Part shown: piece by piece, positions 18,901 through 27,121 of the stretch | Layout: each line of letters begins with the position of its first letter | Position numbering within the stretch: the first letter of the stretch is position 1 | Assembly: GCA_050951545.1 (NCBI GenBank) | Contig: JBMNJG010000002.1 | Location: forward strand, 128,001-192,000 | From: Limnochordia bacterium | GTDB taxonomy: Bacteria > Bacillota > Limnochordia > DTU080 | Length of the DNA: 64,000 bases | Reading direction: 5' to 3' | The notes under the pieces: model-generated | Database searches by the model: none | What the model was told of the DNA's origin: nothing | Seen by the model: only the letters and a program-made list of their open reading frames with translations | Program-made: the position numbers and the translations under genes

Positions 18901-20548
18901 CTATACCGATCCACGTGCGGCTCAGAAGAGTCCTGTTGTACGGGCCGCTGAGGGTCAGTGGTATGACAGGCGCGAATTCGTCAAGGACGAGAACTACATG
19001 CGCTACTCCGTGGGCATTGCGACGGAGCCAGCCCCGGGTGCTACGCTAGAGGGACGCGTCTACGCTGATCGGGATATCCAGCTTCCTCGTTGGCAGGGCG
19101 CTGGTATCGAGGCTAACGTGACAACTGAGGGGATCGTCCAGTCCTTGAGGATTGGTGATCTCGATAGCACTCACGGAACAGGTAAGTTCAGCAAGTACAT
19201 CCTCGACTCAACGAAGTGGGATGCCCAGTTGTATCGCATCAACGGTCTGCAGGGAACAGCGGCCGTCGGCCCCATTTCCGTGCAGGGTGTCGCTGGTCAT
19301 GGTGCGATCAAGCGAGTCAATGTGACTCCTGGTACGGGCAACGACCTGGCTGGGGACGATCTAGGCTCACTGCTTGGCGTAGCAGGCCAGTTGCAGCTGG
19401 GTAAGGTTGCAGAAGCTCGATTTAGCTGGCTCAACATGAAGAACACCTTGGTCTCCAGTCCGCCAGCCCCAGTAACCGCCTACGCCATGGGTATCGAAGG
19501 TGCCTTAGGCAGCCTGCGATACGATGCAGAGGTTGCTGCAGCTCGCGGAGGCAGAAGGCCTCAGGTAGGAGATATCACGCTTTCGCAGTCACTGGGTTCG
19601 GTTTACTGGACTGGTGAGTACGGCTACCGGGGTCCGAAATGGCAACAGCGCTTGGCCGATCCCAGCGTTGACGGTCTGGCCGCACCCTCTGAGCGCTTCC
19701 TCGGAGTTGAAGTTGGCGGTCTGCAGCCTCTGGGCTTTGACACGAAACTGGTGCACAGGACCGTTGAGAACGTAGATGGCAAGCAGGCAGTCTGGATGGC
19801 GCGAGCGGCAAGGGACATGCAGATTTTGGTGCCGCTCACGGCTACGGTGGAGATCGGTTCAAACTCGGCAGACATCGTCGCGAACTCGATGCTGCACGCC
19901 ATGGTCGACCTCTCAGTAGACGACTATGCTCTAGGTGGCTCGAGATTCGTTGTGGATGCTGGCTTCCGACACGAGCAGACACCTCTGCAGGCTGAGGAAT
20001 GGGATCTACGCTGGCGCAATGCAAGCGTAGCTGCTCCGGGTAGCGCCTTGGCAACGCAGTACCAGAACTGGGTGGCAGACACGTCTCGGACGCAGGCTAG
20101 GGCGAAGGCTACTGTGTATCTGGCACCCAAGACAGGGCTGTATGCGGGCGGTCGTCTGGTGAACGAGAGCAAGGTATCCGCTGCGTCACTCCCACGAAAG
20201 ACAGCAGTGGCGGGTGTGTTTACCGAGATGACTGTACTAGGGACAGACCTGAGGGTTCAGGGTGAGTGGTTGAGGGCGAGCGGTGCTCTGGAAGCCAAGC
20301 GCGCGCTGGATCTGAGCGCGTCGCGTGGTATCGGTGAGGGCACATTCGAGGCCCACGCTGGTGTGAGCGATGGTCGGGGTATTGACGCAAAGTGGGTCAA
20401 CACCTTGGACAGTGGGTTCGACTTCAATTACCCGGTTTACCAGAACGCGAACCTACAGGTGAACGGTAAGTTCGTACGCTCGAGAGTGGATGATGCGAAC
20501 GCCTATCGCGATGCTCGCTTGGGCGCAGGATTTGCTCTGGGCTTCTAA
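15995..20548 (+). CDS. SLH domain + very long coiled coil + outer-membrane beta-barrel protein (OmpM/SlpA-like envelope tether)
   Basis: Signal peptide, single SLH (FNDVPSDHWAYDAV...LVEGYPDGSFGGERTFTRYEMA), about 860 aa of Ala-rich heptads, beta-strand-patterned C-terminal region ending in Phe (ARLGAGFALGF); GAGGAGG RBS. Confidence 0.85.
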   Translation: MHKRGLAMAVALIAAIACVLPGVAADSVFNDVPSDHWAYDAVGRLAAAGLVEGYPDGSFGGERTFTRYEMAMVFSHIVDRLDKNVEEQVGQEVAARSADLDRKVADAAVEARKALAAALEAQSKANRAADAAADASSAAEEAGKQALAADSKADQALRQAEAALDASKAMQEVAQAAKLVADEALALAKQPAGTAQVVETDPALVEEVKALRELANEANAAAKRAEAAAEAIKQQHAEDFNECQAAIVEAKAVAAKAETLAKNAATSEELAAVRQAAQDAADAADRAEKLAQSAAQLEDVAQIAAKANDALALAATADARARNAQAEIDYEKRYRYDDSAKVVMRDFVKQSIIEETDAIKRDAPALAKRVLALEGKADEAISAEEAEQIAIRVVGERIRTTAGDAGAQVVACDVTQGDLDAVRTLVDQKAAALNKDMEQLDKEYAAELQALARRVASLEERLAKIDERVTQLDSAPSDAGQVQGLDAIEDDLAALRVEVAALTGNVVGTQSDVAKLAQRLDASEANVASVKSEVGALDQRVKAGEDDVAEVRAEVAALTGNVIDTQSDVAKLADRLSATESGVAKLLAAGKVEPAVAASGVAQADVDAVKADLASVKSDVSDLGQQAKATEDGLAATRTEVAALTGNVVGTQSDVAKLANKLEATEADVGELTGEVEAIGADVDGVKADLASVKSDVSDLGQQAKATEDSLAATRAEVAALTGNVVGTQSDVAGLARRVEDLEGKPDLSGKIDVVESDVASVKSDLGDLGQQAKATEDGLAATRTEVAALTGNVVRTQSDVAKLANKLEATEADVGELTGEVEAIGADVASVKSDVSDLGQQAKATEDGLAATRTEVAALTGNVVGTQSDVAKLAGQVGAIDADITTTKRELGAVEEELETTQRNLTVAKAELDGLRREIGSTRAELADVDKDLQTVKDDLGPIWRWFEATSRTFDAELVYNRVRGNSLYTDPRAAQKSPVVRAAEGQWYDRREFVKDENYMRYSVGIATEPAPGATLEGRVYADRDIQLPRWQGAGIEANVTTEGIVQSLRIGDLDSTHGTGKFSKYILDSTKWDAQLYRINGLQGTAAVGPISVQGVAGHGAIKRVNVTPGTGNDLAGDDLGSLLGVAGQLQLGKVAEARFSWLNMKNTLVSSPPAPVTAYAMGIEGALGSLRYDAEVAAARGGRRPQVGDITLSQSLGSVYWTGEYGYRGPKWQQRLADPSVDGLAAPSERFLGVEVGGLQPLGFDTKLVHRTVENVDGKQAVWMARAARDMQILVPLTATVEIGSNSADIVANSMLHAMVDLSVDDYALGGSRFVVDAGFRHEQTPLQAEEWDLRWRNASVAAPGSALATQYQNWVADTSRTQARAKATVYLAPKTGLYAGGRLVNESKVSAASLPRKTAVAGVFTEMTVLGTDLRVQGEWLRASGALEAKRALDLSASRGIGEGTFEAHAGVSDGRGIDAKWVNTLDSGFDFNYPVYQNANLQVNGKFVRSRVDDANAYRDARLGAGFALGF
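17460..18625 (+). repeat. Six intragenic copies of a coiled-coil module (EVAALTGNVVGTQSDVAKLA core)
   Basis: ACAGGYAATGTG anchor at 17501, 17669, 17927, 18158, 18365, 18575; copies 3-6 nearly identical in DNA. Confidence 0.95.
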
Positions 20549-20580
20549 GCACGCAGGTAGCACCGGGATCAGGTTCCGGT

Positions 20581-20620
20581 AAGAAGAAGAGCAGCCCTCG
20601 CACGTGTGCGAGGGCTGCTC
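20581..20620. terminator. Intrinsic terminator between convergent tether gene and zur
   Basis: Perfect hairpin GAGCAGCCCTCGCAC-GT-GTGCGAGGGCTGCTC preceded by AAGAAGAA (U-rich on minus strand). Confidence 0.75.
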
Positions 20621-20640
20621 GGTGGTTGCAGTGAGAGAAG

Positions 20641-21084
20641 CTAGTTGGGTGGCGATGCCTGAGGGGGGGCCGCTTGGCAGTCGGGGCATAGGCCATATAC
20701 CTCGAAGCTGTGGTCTTGTGCAGAGAAGCCTTCGGCGTGGGCGAGTGAACGTGCCAGATCGCCTATCGCAGTGTCGTGGATATTACGCATGATGCCGCAG
20801 GCGATACAGATGAGATGGTGGTGGTGCGTAGCTGGATGCCCTGTGACGTAGACTTGCTGCCCGTCGACCAGCCGAACTTGCTCCAACACTTTGGCCTCGC
20901 ACAGTAGTTGCAGGGTCCGAAATACGGTGGCGCGACCCACATTGCTGGTCTCCTCGAGGAGCTGACTTGCAGTAAATGGGCCCGACAGCGTAGCGATTGT
21001 GCGCAAGATGGCTTGACGAGGAGCTGTGAGCCTTATCCCTTGTTCACGGGCAAGATGACAAAGCTGGGCGAGAGTCTTGTCCAA
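20641..21084 (-). CDS. zur: Fur-family regulator, probably Zur
   Basis: RLTAPRQAIL, VGRATVFRTL, HHHHLICIACG and YGLCPDC; last gene of metal ABC operon. Confidence 0.8.
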   Translation of the reverse strand: MDKTLAQLCHLAREQGIRLTAPRQAILRTIATLSGPFTASQLLEETSNVGRATVFRTLQLLCEAKVLEQVRLVDGQQVYVTGHPATHHHHLICIACGIMRNIHDTAIGDLARSLAHAEGFSAQDHSFEVYGLCPDCQAAPPQASPPN

Positions 21085-21134
21085 CTGATCTCAACACTCC
21101 CCCGAGAATCGTTCTGTGCTGAGCGGGCATGTGG

Positions 21135-21956
21135 TCATCCATGGCTTCGTCGCGAGGCAGCCAGAAAGACTGCGAAGAACACGACGACGCTTACGAGAAC
21201 CATGGCGGCTCCTGAAGCGATGTTGAGGTAGTAGGATATATAGAGCCCGCCCACGGCAGCCAAGGAGCCTAATAGGGCGCTAAGCCACATCATCGTATGA
21301 AGGCGCTGACTGAGTAGTCGGGCAGTGGCGGGAGGGGTCACCAACATTGCCAGAACCAGAATCACTCCGACCACCTTCATCGATACTACAATGACGAGCG
21401 ACAGGAGTACCATTAGCCCGTAGTGCAGTGCTTCTACTGGTAGACCAACCGCGGCTGCATAGGTAGGATCGAAACTAAGAATCACCCATCTGCGGTTGAA
21501 CAGCCAGAGGGCGAGAAGTACCAAAACCCCAATGCCGAGCATCGACCAGATGTCAGCGGTGGACACCGCCAGCACATTCCCGAAAAGGAAGTTGGCGAGA
21601 TCAACGCTGTAGGACTTAATGGTGCTAATGATGGCGATGCCCAGGGCAAACATCCCGGACATCAAGATACCGATGGCGGTATCTTGTTTGAGGTCTGGAT
21701 GACGGCCGATGCGACCGATACCGGCGGCGGTCAACAGGCCAGCCATGAAGGCTCCCAGCGAGGTCGGGTGACCCAACACATAGGCGATAGCCGCGCCTGG
21801 GAGGACGGCGTGCGAGAGCCCTCCTCCGAGAAAAGCCATGCCTCTGAGGACCACGTAGGTGCCTACGAGTGACGTGATAGCTCCGGCGAGGGCAGCAGCC
21901 AAGAGTGCTCGGCGCATGAACTCATAAGTGAGAGGTTCAGTGAGCAGATGTATCAT
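21135..21956 (-). CDS. znuB: Zn/Mn ABC transporter permease
   Basis: VVLRGMAFLGGGLSHAVLPG, FLFGNVLAV, SFDPTYA, VGVILVLAMLVTPPATA (ABC-3 family). Confidence 0.85.
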   Translation of the reverse strand: MIHLLTEPLTYEFMRRALLAAALAGAITSLVGTYVVLRGMAFLGGGLSHAVLPGAAIAYVLGHPTSLGAFMAGLLTAAGIGRIGRHPDLKQDTAIGILMSGMFALGIAIISTIKSYSVDLANFLFGNVLAVSTADIWSMLGIGVLVLLALWLFNRRWVILSFDPTYAAAVGLPVEALHYGLMVLLSLVIVVSMKVVGVILVLAMLVTPPATARLLSQRLHTMMWLSALLGSLAAVGGLYISYYLNIASGAAMVLVSVVVFFAVFLAASRRSHG

Positions 21957-22762
21957 AGTTCTGTGGCTGCCCAGTGGGTGTCGGCCAGAACTCCTAGCTC
22001 GTCACCCTCATCTGATCGCCAGAACACCACCTGTCCATGATAGGTCTCTTGGAGCAAGGCGGGCTGAAAGACCGTCTCGGCAGAACCGAAGGCGACCAAC
22101 TCGCCGTTGAGCAACAGAATCTCAGAGAAGCGATGGCGAGCGAGGCGGAGGTCATGAGTGGCTACCATGACGGTGCCTCCCGCACCAACGAATTCATCCA
22201 GAATGGCCAGGAGCAGCTCTTGCGTCGCTGCGTCGATCTCGTTAAAGGGCTCATCGAGCAGAAATAGGTCCGGTTGCTGAGCGAGAGCGCGGGCGAGAAA
22301 CACTCGTTGTTGCTGTCCTCCGGAGAGCTGTGAGATCGGAGTGTGGCGCAGGCTCGACATACCCACTCTGGTGAGTGCCTCTGTAACGAGAGCGTGGTCT
22401 TCGGGTGACAGACGTCGCCCCGGAAGCACTGCGCCTATCCTACCCATCATGACGACGTCCTCGACGGCCAGCGGGAACTGCCAATCGACTTCTTCGCGTT
22501 GGGGTACATAGGCGACGCGTGAGCGAGCCTGGGTCGGAAGACCGCCAAGCAACTCGATATGTCCTTGCGTGACCGGGATGAGGCCTAGCATCGCCCGAAA
22601 CAGTGTAGTCTTGCCAGCGCCGTTGGGGCCAACGACCGCCACCTGACTGCCAGGGGATATGGTGAGAGAGATGTTGCGCAGGGCGGTACTTTTCCGGGCG
22701 TAGCCTACGCTTACACTCTGCAGTTTTGCCGCTGCTACATGCTGACTTTCGCTGCTGCGCAT
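21953..22762 (-). CDS. znuC: Zn/Mn ABC transporter ATP-binding protein
   Basis: GPNGAGKTT, AYVPQR, LSGGQQQRVFLARAL, LLDEP. Confidence 0.85.
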   Translation of the reverse strand: MRSSESQHVAAAKLQSVSVGYARKSTALRNISLTISPGSQVAVVGPNGAGKTTLFRAMLGLIPVTQGHIELLGGLPTQARSRVAYVPQREEVDWQFPLAVEDVVMMGRIGAVLPGRRLSPEDHALVTEALTRVGMSSLRHTPISQLSGGQQQRVFLARALAQQPDLFLLDEPFNEIDAATQELLLAILDEFVGAGGTVMVATHDLRLARHRFSEILLLNGELVAFGSAETVFQPALLQETYHGQVVFWRSDEGDELGVLADTHWAATEL

Positions 22763-22784
22763 CGGCCGTGCCCCCTCTCGTGTA

Positions 22785-23741
22785 TCATAGCAGTCCGTCG
22801 ACGATAGCCTGGGTGTTGAAGCGGATGAGTTTCAGGTAGGTATCAGCCGCTCCCCCGACCTCGGATAGCGAACCCGTGTACAGGCGCACGACACGCACTG
22901 TGTGACCCACTTGGGAGGCGATCGTCTCTGCCAACGCTTTTGGTAGTGTGTCCTCTGTGAAGATAGCCCGGACGCCCTCTTCACGGATGGTCTCTATCAA
23001 AAGACTGAGCTGACGAGCAGAGGGTTCTGCCTCCGGATTAAGGCTGGGAATGATGGTGCCAACGACTCTAAAACCGTAACGGGCAGCGAAATAGGCAAAG
23101 GCGTCATGGTTGGTCACCAGTTTGCGCCGTGCGGCCGGAAGTTGGGCCACACTGGCGCGGACCCAGCCATCGAGTTTCTCCAACTCCGCGTCGAAGGCGG
23201 ATGCGTTTTGCTGGTAGGTAGCGGATCCCGCGGGATCCGCAGCCTCGAGGGCAGTGGCGATGTTTCCCACGTAGATTCTTACCAGATTGGGGTCCAGCCA
23301 GCAGTGCGGGTCTGGTTGACCTTCCTCCATGAGTCGTGTAGGCACACCCTCGGTGGCCGAGATCACCCGGGCCTTGGTGCCTGACGATTGGATGAGTCGA
23401 GTAGCCCAACTGTCAAGGCCTAGGCCATGCACTACTACCAACTGAGCCTTGGCGATGGCGCGCAGATCGGCGGGCACAGGTTGGTAGGTGTGGGGATCGA
23501 CGCCTGGCCGTAGCAATGAGTGCACCTGCACTCGATCTTTCCCGACGTGTTCCACCAGATCGCTGATGATGTTACTTGTTACCACGACTTGCAGTTGGCG
23601 TGGGGCTGTTGTCCTAACAGCCTTTTTCCCGAGTGTCAACGCAACGAGTACCAGAGAAAGGATCGCCAAGAGAGACAAAAGACGCCGGAGCGTCAAGCGA
23701 CGGCCTTGCCCCCAGAGAGCTGACCAGCGCATGTGTGGCAT
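22785..23741 (-). CDS. znuA: Zn/Mn ABC transporter substrate-binding protein
   Basis: DPHTYQP, DPHCWLDP, VTNHDAFAYFAARYG (TroA/ZnuA family). Confidence 0.85.
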   Translation of the reverse strand: MPHMRWSALWGQGRRLTLRRLLSLLAILSLVLVALTLGKKAVRTTAPRQLQVVVTSNIISDLVEHVGKDRVQVHSLLRPGVDPHTYQPVPADLRAIAKAQLVVVHGLGLDSWATRLIQSSGTKARVISATEGVPTRLMEEGQPDPHCWLDPNLVRIYVGNIATALEAADPAGSATYQQNASAFDAELEKLDGWVRASVAQLPAARRKLVTNHDAFAYFAARYGFRVVGTIIPSLNPEAEPSARQLSLLIETIREEGVRAIFTEDTLPKALAETIASQVGHTVRVVRLYTGSLSEVGGAADTYLKLIRFNTQAIVDGLL

Positions 23742-23758
23742 CGGCCCCTTCGGCTAAG

Positions 23759-23811
23759 TGATACCTAGTATCAGGTGAGTTCATCGTAACGCTGTGCGGC
23801 ACAGGTGTCAA
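23759..23811 (-). promoter_or_regulatory. Sigma-A promoter with downstream Zur/Fur-type operator
   Basis: Minus strand TTGACA (23811-23806)-N17-TACGAT (23788-23783); palindrome TGATAC-CTA-GTATCA at 23759-23773. Confidence 0.75.
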
Positions 23812-23938
23812 GGGGTATGCTGCCCGGTCGACGGGCCCCGAGGGTCGCCCCAGACTCTGCCGCTGTGCGGCACAGAATGAAGGGAACTAGGCGGAATGGG
23901 GCGAACGTCCTACTATCCAAGAAGCGGAGGTATTTTCG

Positions 23939-24397
23939 TTGAGACAAACGTTACGCGTGACGACTGTCTTGGTCATCGTATTGGCTCTTGCTTGCACAGG
24001 AGTGTTGGCCAGCCAAGGGTTGAACCTGTTCATTGATTTCGAGCAGTTGCCCGAGGCTGTCATTGGAGATTTCACAACCCAGTTCACTGAGGACCTGCGC
24101 GCCTTGCAGGACGTGGCACTAACTGAGCAACCCTTCTTGGCGGATGTTTTTTTGTTCGCCACCGGGTCACCGATTACAGCCGGGGAGTCGGTTATTGGCT
24201 ACTCACTGGCACTGACGTTGCTAGGCGTCCGAGGAGCCGACGACAAAGGTGTCATCCTCTTCATTTATCCATCTGTTATCCCGTTGGTCGTCGGGCCCGC
24301 GCACATTGACTGGGCTGCTAGGCAAGCGGTTCTTGAGTTGAACGCCTACCTGGATTGGTTAGTGGAGGTGGGCGAGTTGCAGGTTGCAGATACATAA
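23939..24397 (+). CDS. Hypothetical secreted protein
   Basis: GGAGGT RBS before TTG, signal-peptide-like N-terminus; 3' end overlaps aroA by 52 bp. Confidence 0.6.
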   Translation: MRQTLRVTTVLVIVLALACTGVLASQGLNLFIDFEQLPEAVIGDFTTQFTEDLRALQDVALTEQPFLADVFLFATGSPITAGESVIGYSLALTLLGVRGADDKGVILFIYPSVIPLVVGPAHIDWAARQAVLELNAYLDWLVEVGELQVADT

Positions 24398-25668
24398 GCC
24401 CCCAACCTCTGCAGGTCGGTGAAGAAACTTGGATACGACTTGGCGATGTGCTGGGCGCCCGTTAGCCGTACGGGTTGCTTACAGCGCAGGGCCACGATGG
24501 TGGCACCCATGAGCAGTCGATGGTCGTGATGAGCATCTACTGTGACACCGCCAGGCAGGGGCTCGGGGTTGCCGTGTACGGTAATCGAGTCACGGGTCTC
24601 TTCCAGTTGCGCTCCCATCTTGGCTAACTCGCGGCAATAGTCGGAGATGCGGTCAGACTCCTTGTAGCGGAGGTTCTCAATATTGGTGAAGCGCGACGTG
24701 CCATCGGCAAAGCAGGCCGCTGCCACCATGGCCATGACCGCATCTGTGGCCTGGTCACCGTCGAATTCGACTGCCCGTAGGGGTCGGCCACCGCGCATGC
24801 GCACGTGCCTGGCTGCTCTATCGAACACTACATCAGCCCCCATCGCCTGAAGCACATTCACGATGGCTCGCTCTCCTTGTGCGTCATCACTGAGGCCAGT
24901 AAGCACGACATCTGACTCTACCACAGCAGCGGCAGCAAGAATCGCCGCTGCTCCAGGCCAATCGCCAGGGATGAAGTGATCTCCTGCACGGTAGGACTGC
25001 GGGCCCGTCACGCGAAAGTTGCGCAGACCCTGGTGGGTGACCTCGATCCCCGTGGCTTGTAGCACCTCTAAGGTTTGCTTCAAGAGCGGTGCTGAACGTT
25101 GGGGGCCGCATACCTCAATGTGTGTGATTCCTGAAAGCAGAGGCGCCAGAAAAAGCAGAGCTGTGGAGAACTGTGATGAAGTCGCTCCTGAGACGCATAC
25201 GCGGCCACCTCGGTGGAGGCCACCGCTCACAGCAATGGGCAGTCTGCCATCTTGCGACTCGCAGTGACAGCCCAAAGAAGACAGGGCCTGCAACAGGTCA
25301 TGGTGCGGGCGTCGGCCTAGAGATTCGGGGTAGGGAGTGGTAAAACGGGTGGGAGCGGGCAAGGTGGCGGCTATCGCCATGAGAAACCGCGCCACAGCTC
25401 CCGCATTCCCGACGTTGAGTTCGCCGGGAGAAAGCAAGTGCCCCCCAGTGCCCGTCACTACGAGGCCGTCTGGGACCCGTTCGATGCGGGCCCCCAACCT
25501 CGTGCAACACGTCACCATCACTCGTGCATCATCGATATCGGCCGGATTGCGCAGTACCGATACACCCTCAGCTAAGGTAGCCGCTAAGACATAGCGGCTT
25601 GTGTAGTTTTTCGATCCGCCCACTAGCAGCCTGCCGACAAGCTTTGGCGAATGATGCACGGTGATCAC
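24346..25668 (-). CDS. aroA: 3-phosphoshikimate 1-carboxyvinyltransferase (EPSP synthase), atypical SKNY/GNAGAVARF type
   Basis: SKNYTSR, GNAGAVARF, SSQFSTALL, LRYKESDRI, HHDHR, AKSYPSFF. Confidence 0.88.
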   Translation of the reverse strand: MITVHHSPKLVGRLLVGGSKNYTSRYVLAATLAEGVSVLRNPADIDDARVMVTCCTRLGARIERVPDGLVVTGTGGHLLSPGELNVGNAGAVARFLMAIAATLPAPTRFTTPYPESLGRRPHHDLLQALSSLGCHCESQDGRLPIAVSGGLHRGGRVCVSGATSSQFSTALLFLAPLLSGITHIEVCGPQRSAPLLKQTLEVLQATGIEVTHQGLRNFRVTGPQSYRAGDHFIPGDWPGAAAILAAAAVVESDVVLTGLSDDAQGERAIVNVLQAMGADVVFDRAARHVRMRGGRPLRAVEFDGDQATDAVMAMVAAACFADGTSRFTNIENLRYKESDRISDYCRELAKMGAQLEETRDSITVHGNPEPLPGGVTVDAHHDHRLLMGATIVALRCKQPVRLTGAQHIAKSYPSFFTDLQRLGAYVSATCNSPTSTNQSR

Positions 25669-25670
25669 GG

Positions 25671-26945
25671 CTACGCCTCTTTCAGCCAGTCTTTGGCCAA
25701 GCGCTGTCCCTGTTGTACCAGGGTTTCCTGCAACCTACGTATTGGCAACTCCCGCGGATCAAGGGCACAGTCGGCACACATCGCTGCTGCCACACCAGCG
25801 GCCTGACCGATCCCGAAGACGATCGGCATCACGCGGATAGCCGAATGGGCCTCATGTGTGGACGAGATGGAGCGTCCACCGATAAGCAGGTTCTTGAAGC
25901 CTTTGGGGATTAGGCTGCGGAAGGGGATGTCGTACCATTCGCCAGGGGGTATGCGCTTGATGATAGTACCCGTTCCGGCCGGGTTGTGAATATCAACCGA
26001 GTAGCTACCGCGGGTGATGCAATCGTCAAACTTGCGGGCGGCGAGGCAGTCTTCGGCAGACAACAGGTACTCGCCCATGACCCGGCGGCTTTCGCGTACT
26101 CCAATCTGCACGGCCGTCGATTGCAGGTAGGCATTCTCGAAGCCTGGGATTTCGCGACGCAAGAACTGGGCAATCTGCCATGCTTGTCGCCGAGCCTCGA
26201 CTTCAGCTTCGGTAAGCTGTTGGGCGTCAGTGGCATCTTTCATGACCACGCGCGTGGTGTTAAAGTGGATAACGTCGGGTTCGGTGGTGAAAAACCACAG
26301 GACATTTTCCCGCGGGCACTGCAGTTCATTGCGCTCCTTGGCGGCAATATAACGATCAGTTATCTGTTGGCGGGAGGGCACACGGGCGGCGTCCACTCGA
26401 GCCATACGGAAATTCAGGGTCATAGGTTGGGATAGCCCATCCTCTGGGCGACCCTTCTCGATCTGAGCTCCCGCAAAGGCTGCCAAGTCGGCATCGCCAG
26501 TAGAATCGACAAACATAGGAGCCGCAAGTGTCATCAGCCCGCTTTTCGTGGCGATTTCAATGGAACGGATTCTGCCGTTGCTATCCGTCTGTGCACCAGC
26601 TAAGAACGCATGGTAGAGCAACTCAACCCCAGCCTCTTGGCAGAGCTCTTCGGCAGCAATCTTGAATACCTCGGGGTCAAAGGCATAGGGGGCCTTCGGC
26701 GAACCATATCCTTCCATGGACTGCATCTTGGCGATCATGTCTTGCAGAACACCAAAGATGATCTGCTGACCGCCAGCATGAAAGGTCATGAACGGATTGA
26801 CCAGCATGGCGGTAGCACCGCCACCCAGAAATCCATAGCGCTCAATCAGAAGGGTCTTGGCGCCAGCCCGGGCTGCACCGAGGGCTGCTCCTATACCTCC
26901 TGGCCCACCTCCGCACACGACTACGTCATACTTGCTTAGTGCCAT
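25671..26945 (-). CDS. FAD-dependent oxidoreductase (PF12831-like)
   Basis: DVVVCGGGPGG, FVDSTGDADLA, GVRESRR, YDIPFRSLIP, NLLIGGRSIS, GQAAG. Confidence 0.85.
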   Translation of the reverse strand: MALSKYDVVVCGGGPGGIGAALGAARAGAKTLLIERYGFLGGGATAMLVNPFMTFHAGGQQIIFGVLQDMIAKMQSMEGYGSPKAPYAFDPEVFKIAAEELCQEAGVELLYHAFLAGAQTDSNGRIRSIEIATKSGLMTLAAPMFVDSTGDADLAAFAGAQIEKGRPEDGLSQPMTLNFRMARVDAARVPSRQQITDRYIAAKERNELQCPRENVLWFFTTEPDVIHFNTTRVVMKDATDAQQLTEAEVEARRQAWQIAQFLRREIPGFENAYLQSTAVQIGVRESRRVMGEYLLSAEDCLAARKFDDCITRGSYSVDIHNPAGTGTIIKRIPPGEWYDIPFRSLIPKGFKNLLIGGRSISSTHEAHSAIRVMPIVFGIGQAAGVAAAMCADCALDPRELPIRRLQETLVQQGQRLAKDWLKEA

Positions 26946-27121
26946 CGCAACGACCTCCTGGTTCGTGCTTTCGGGTCAGGTTCTGGCTTCGCTCTCGTTG
27001 CGAAACCTCCTGCTCAGCCAAGTCTGTCATATGAGGGGCCGTTGACCGGGAAGCAGGAATGCGCAAGGTGCTTCTGGTAAGAGTCTTCATGCAGAACGTA
27101 ATAGGTTGAGGTGGCTAAGCT

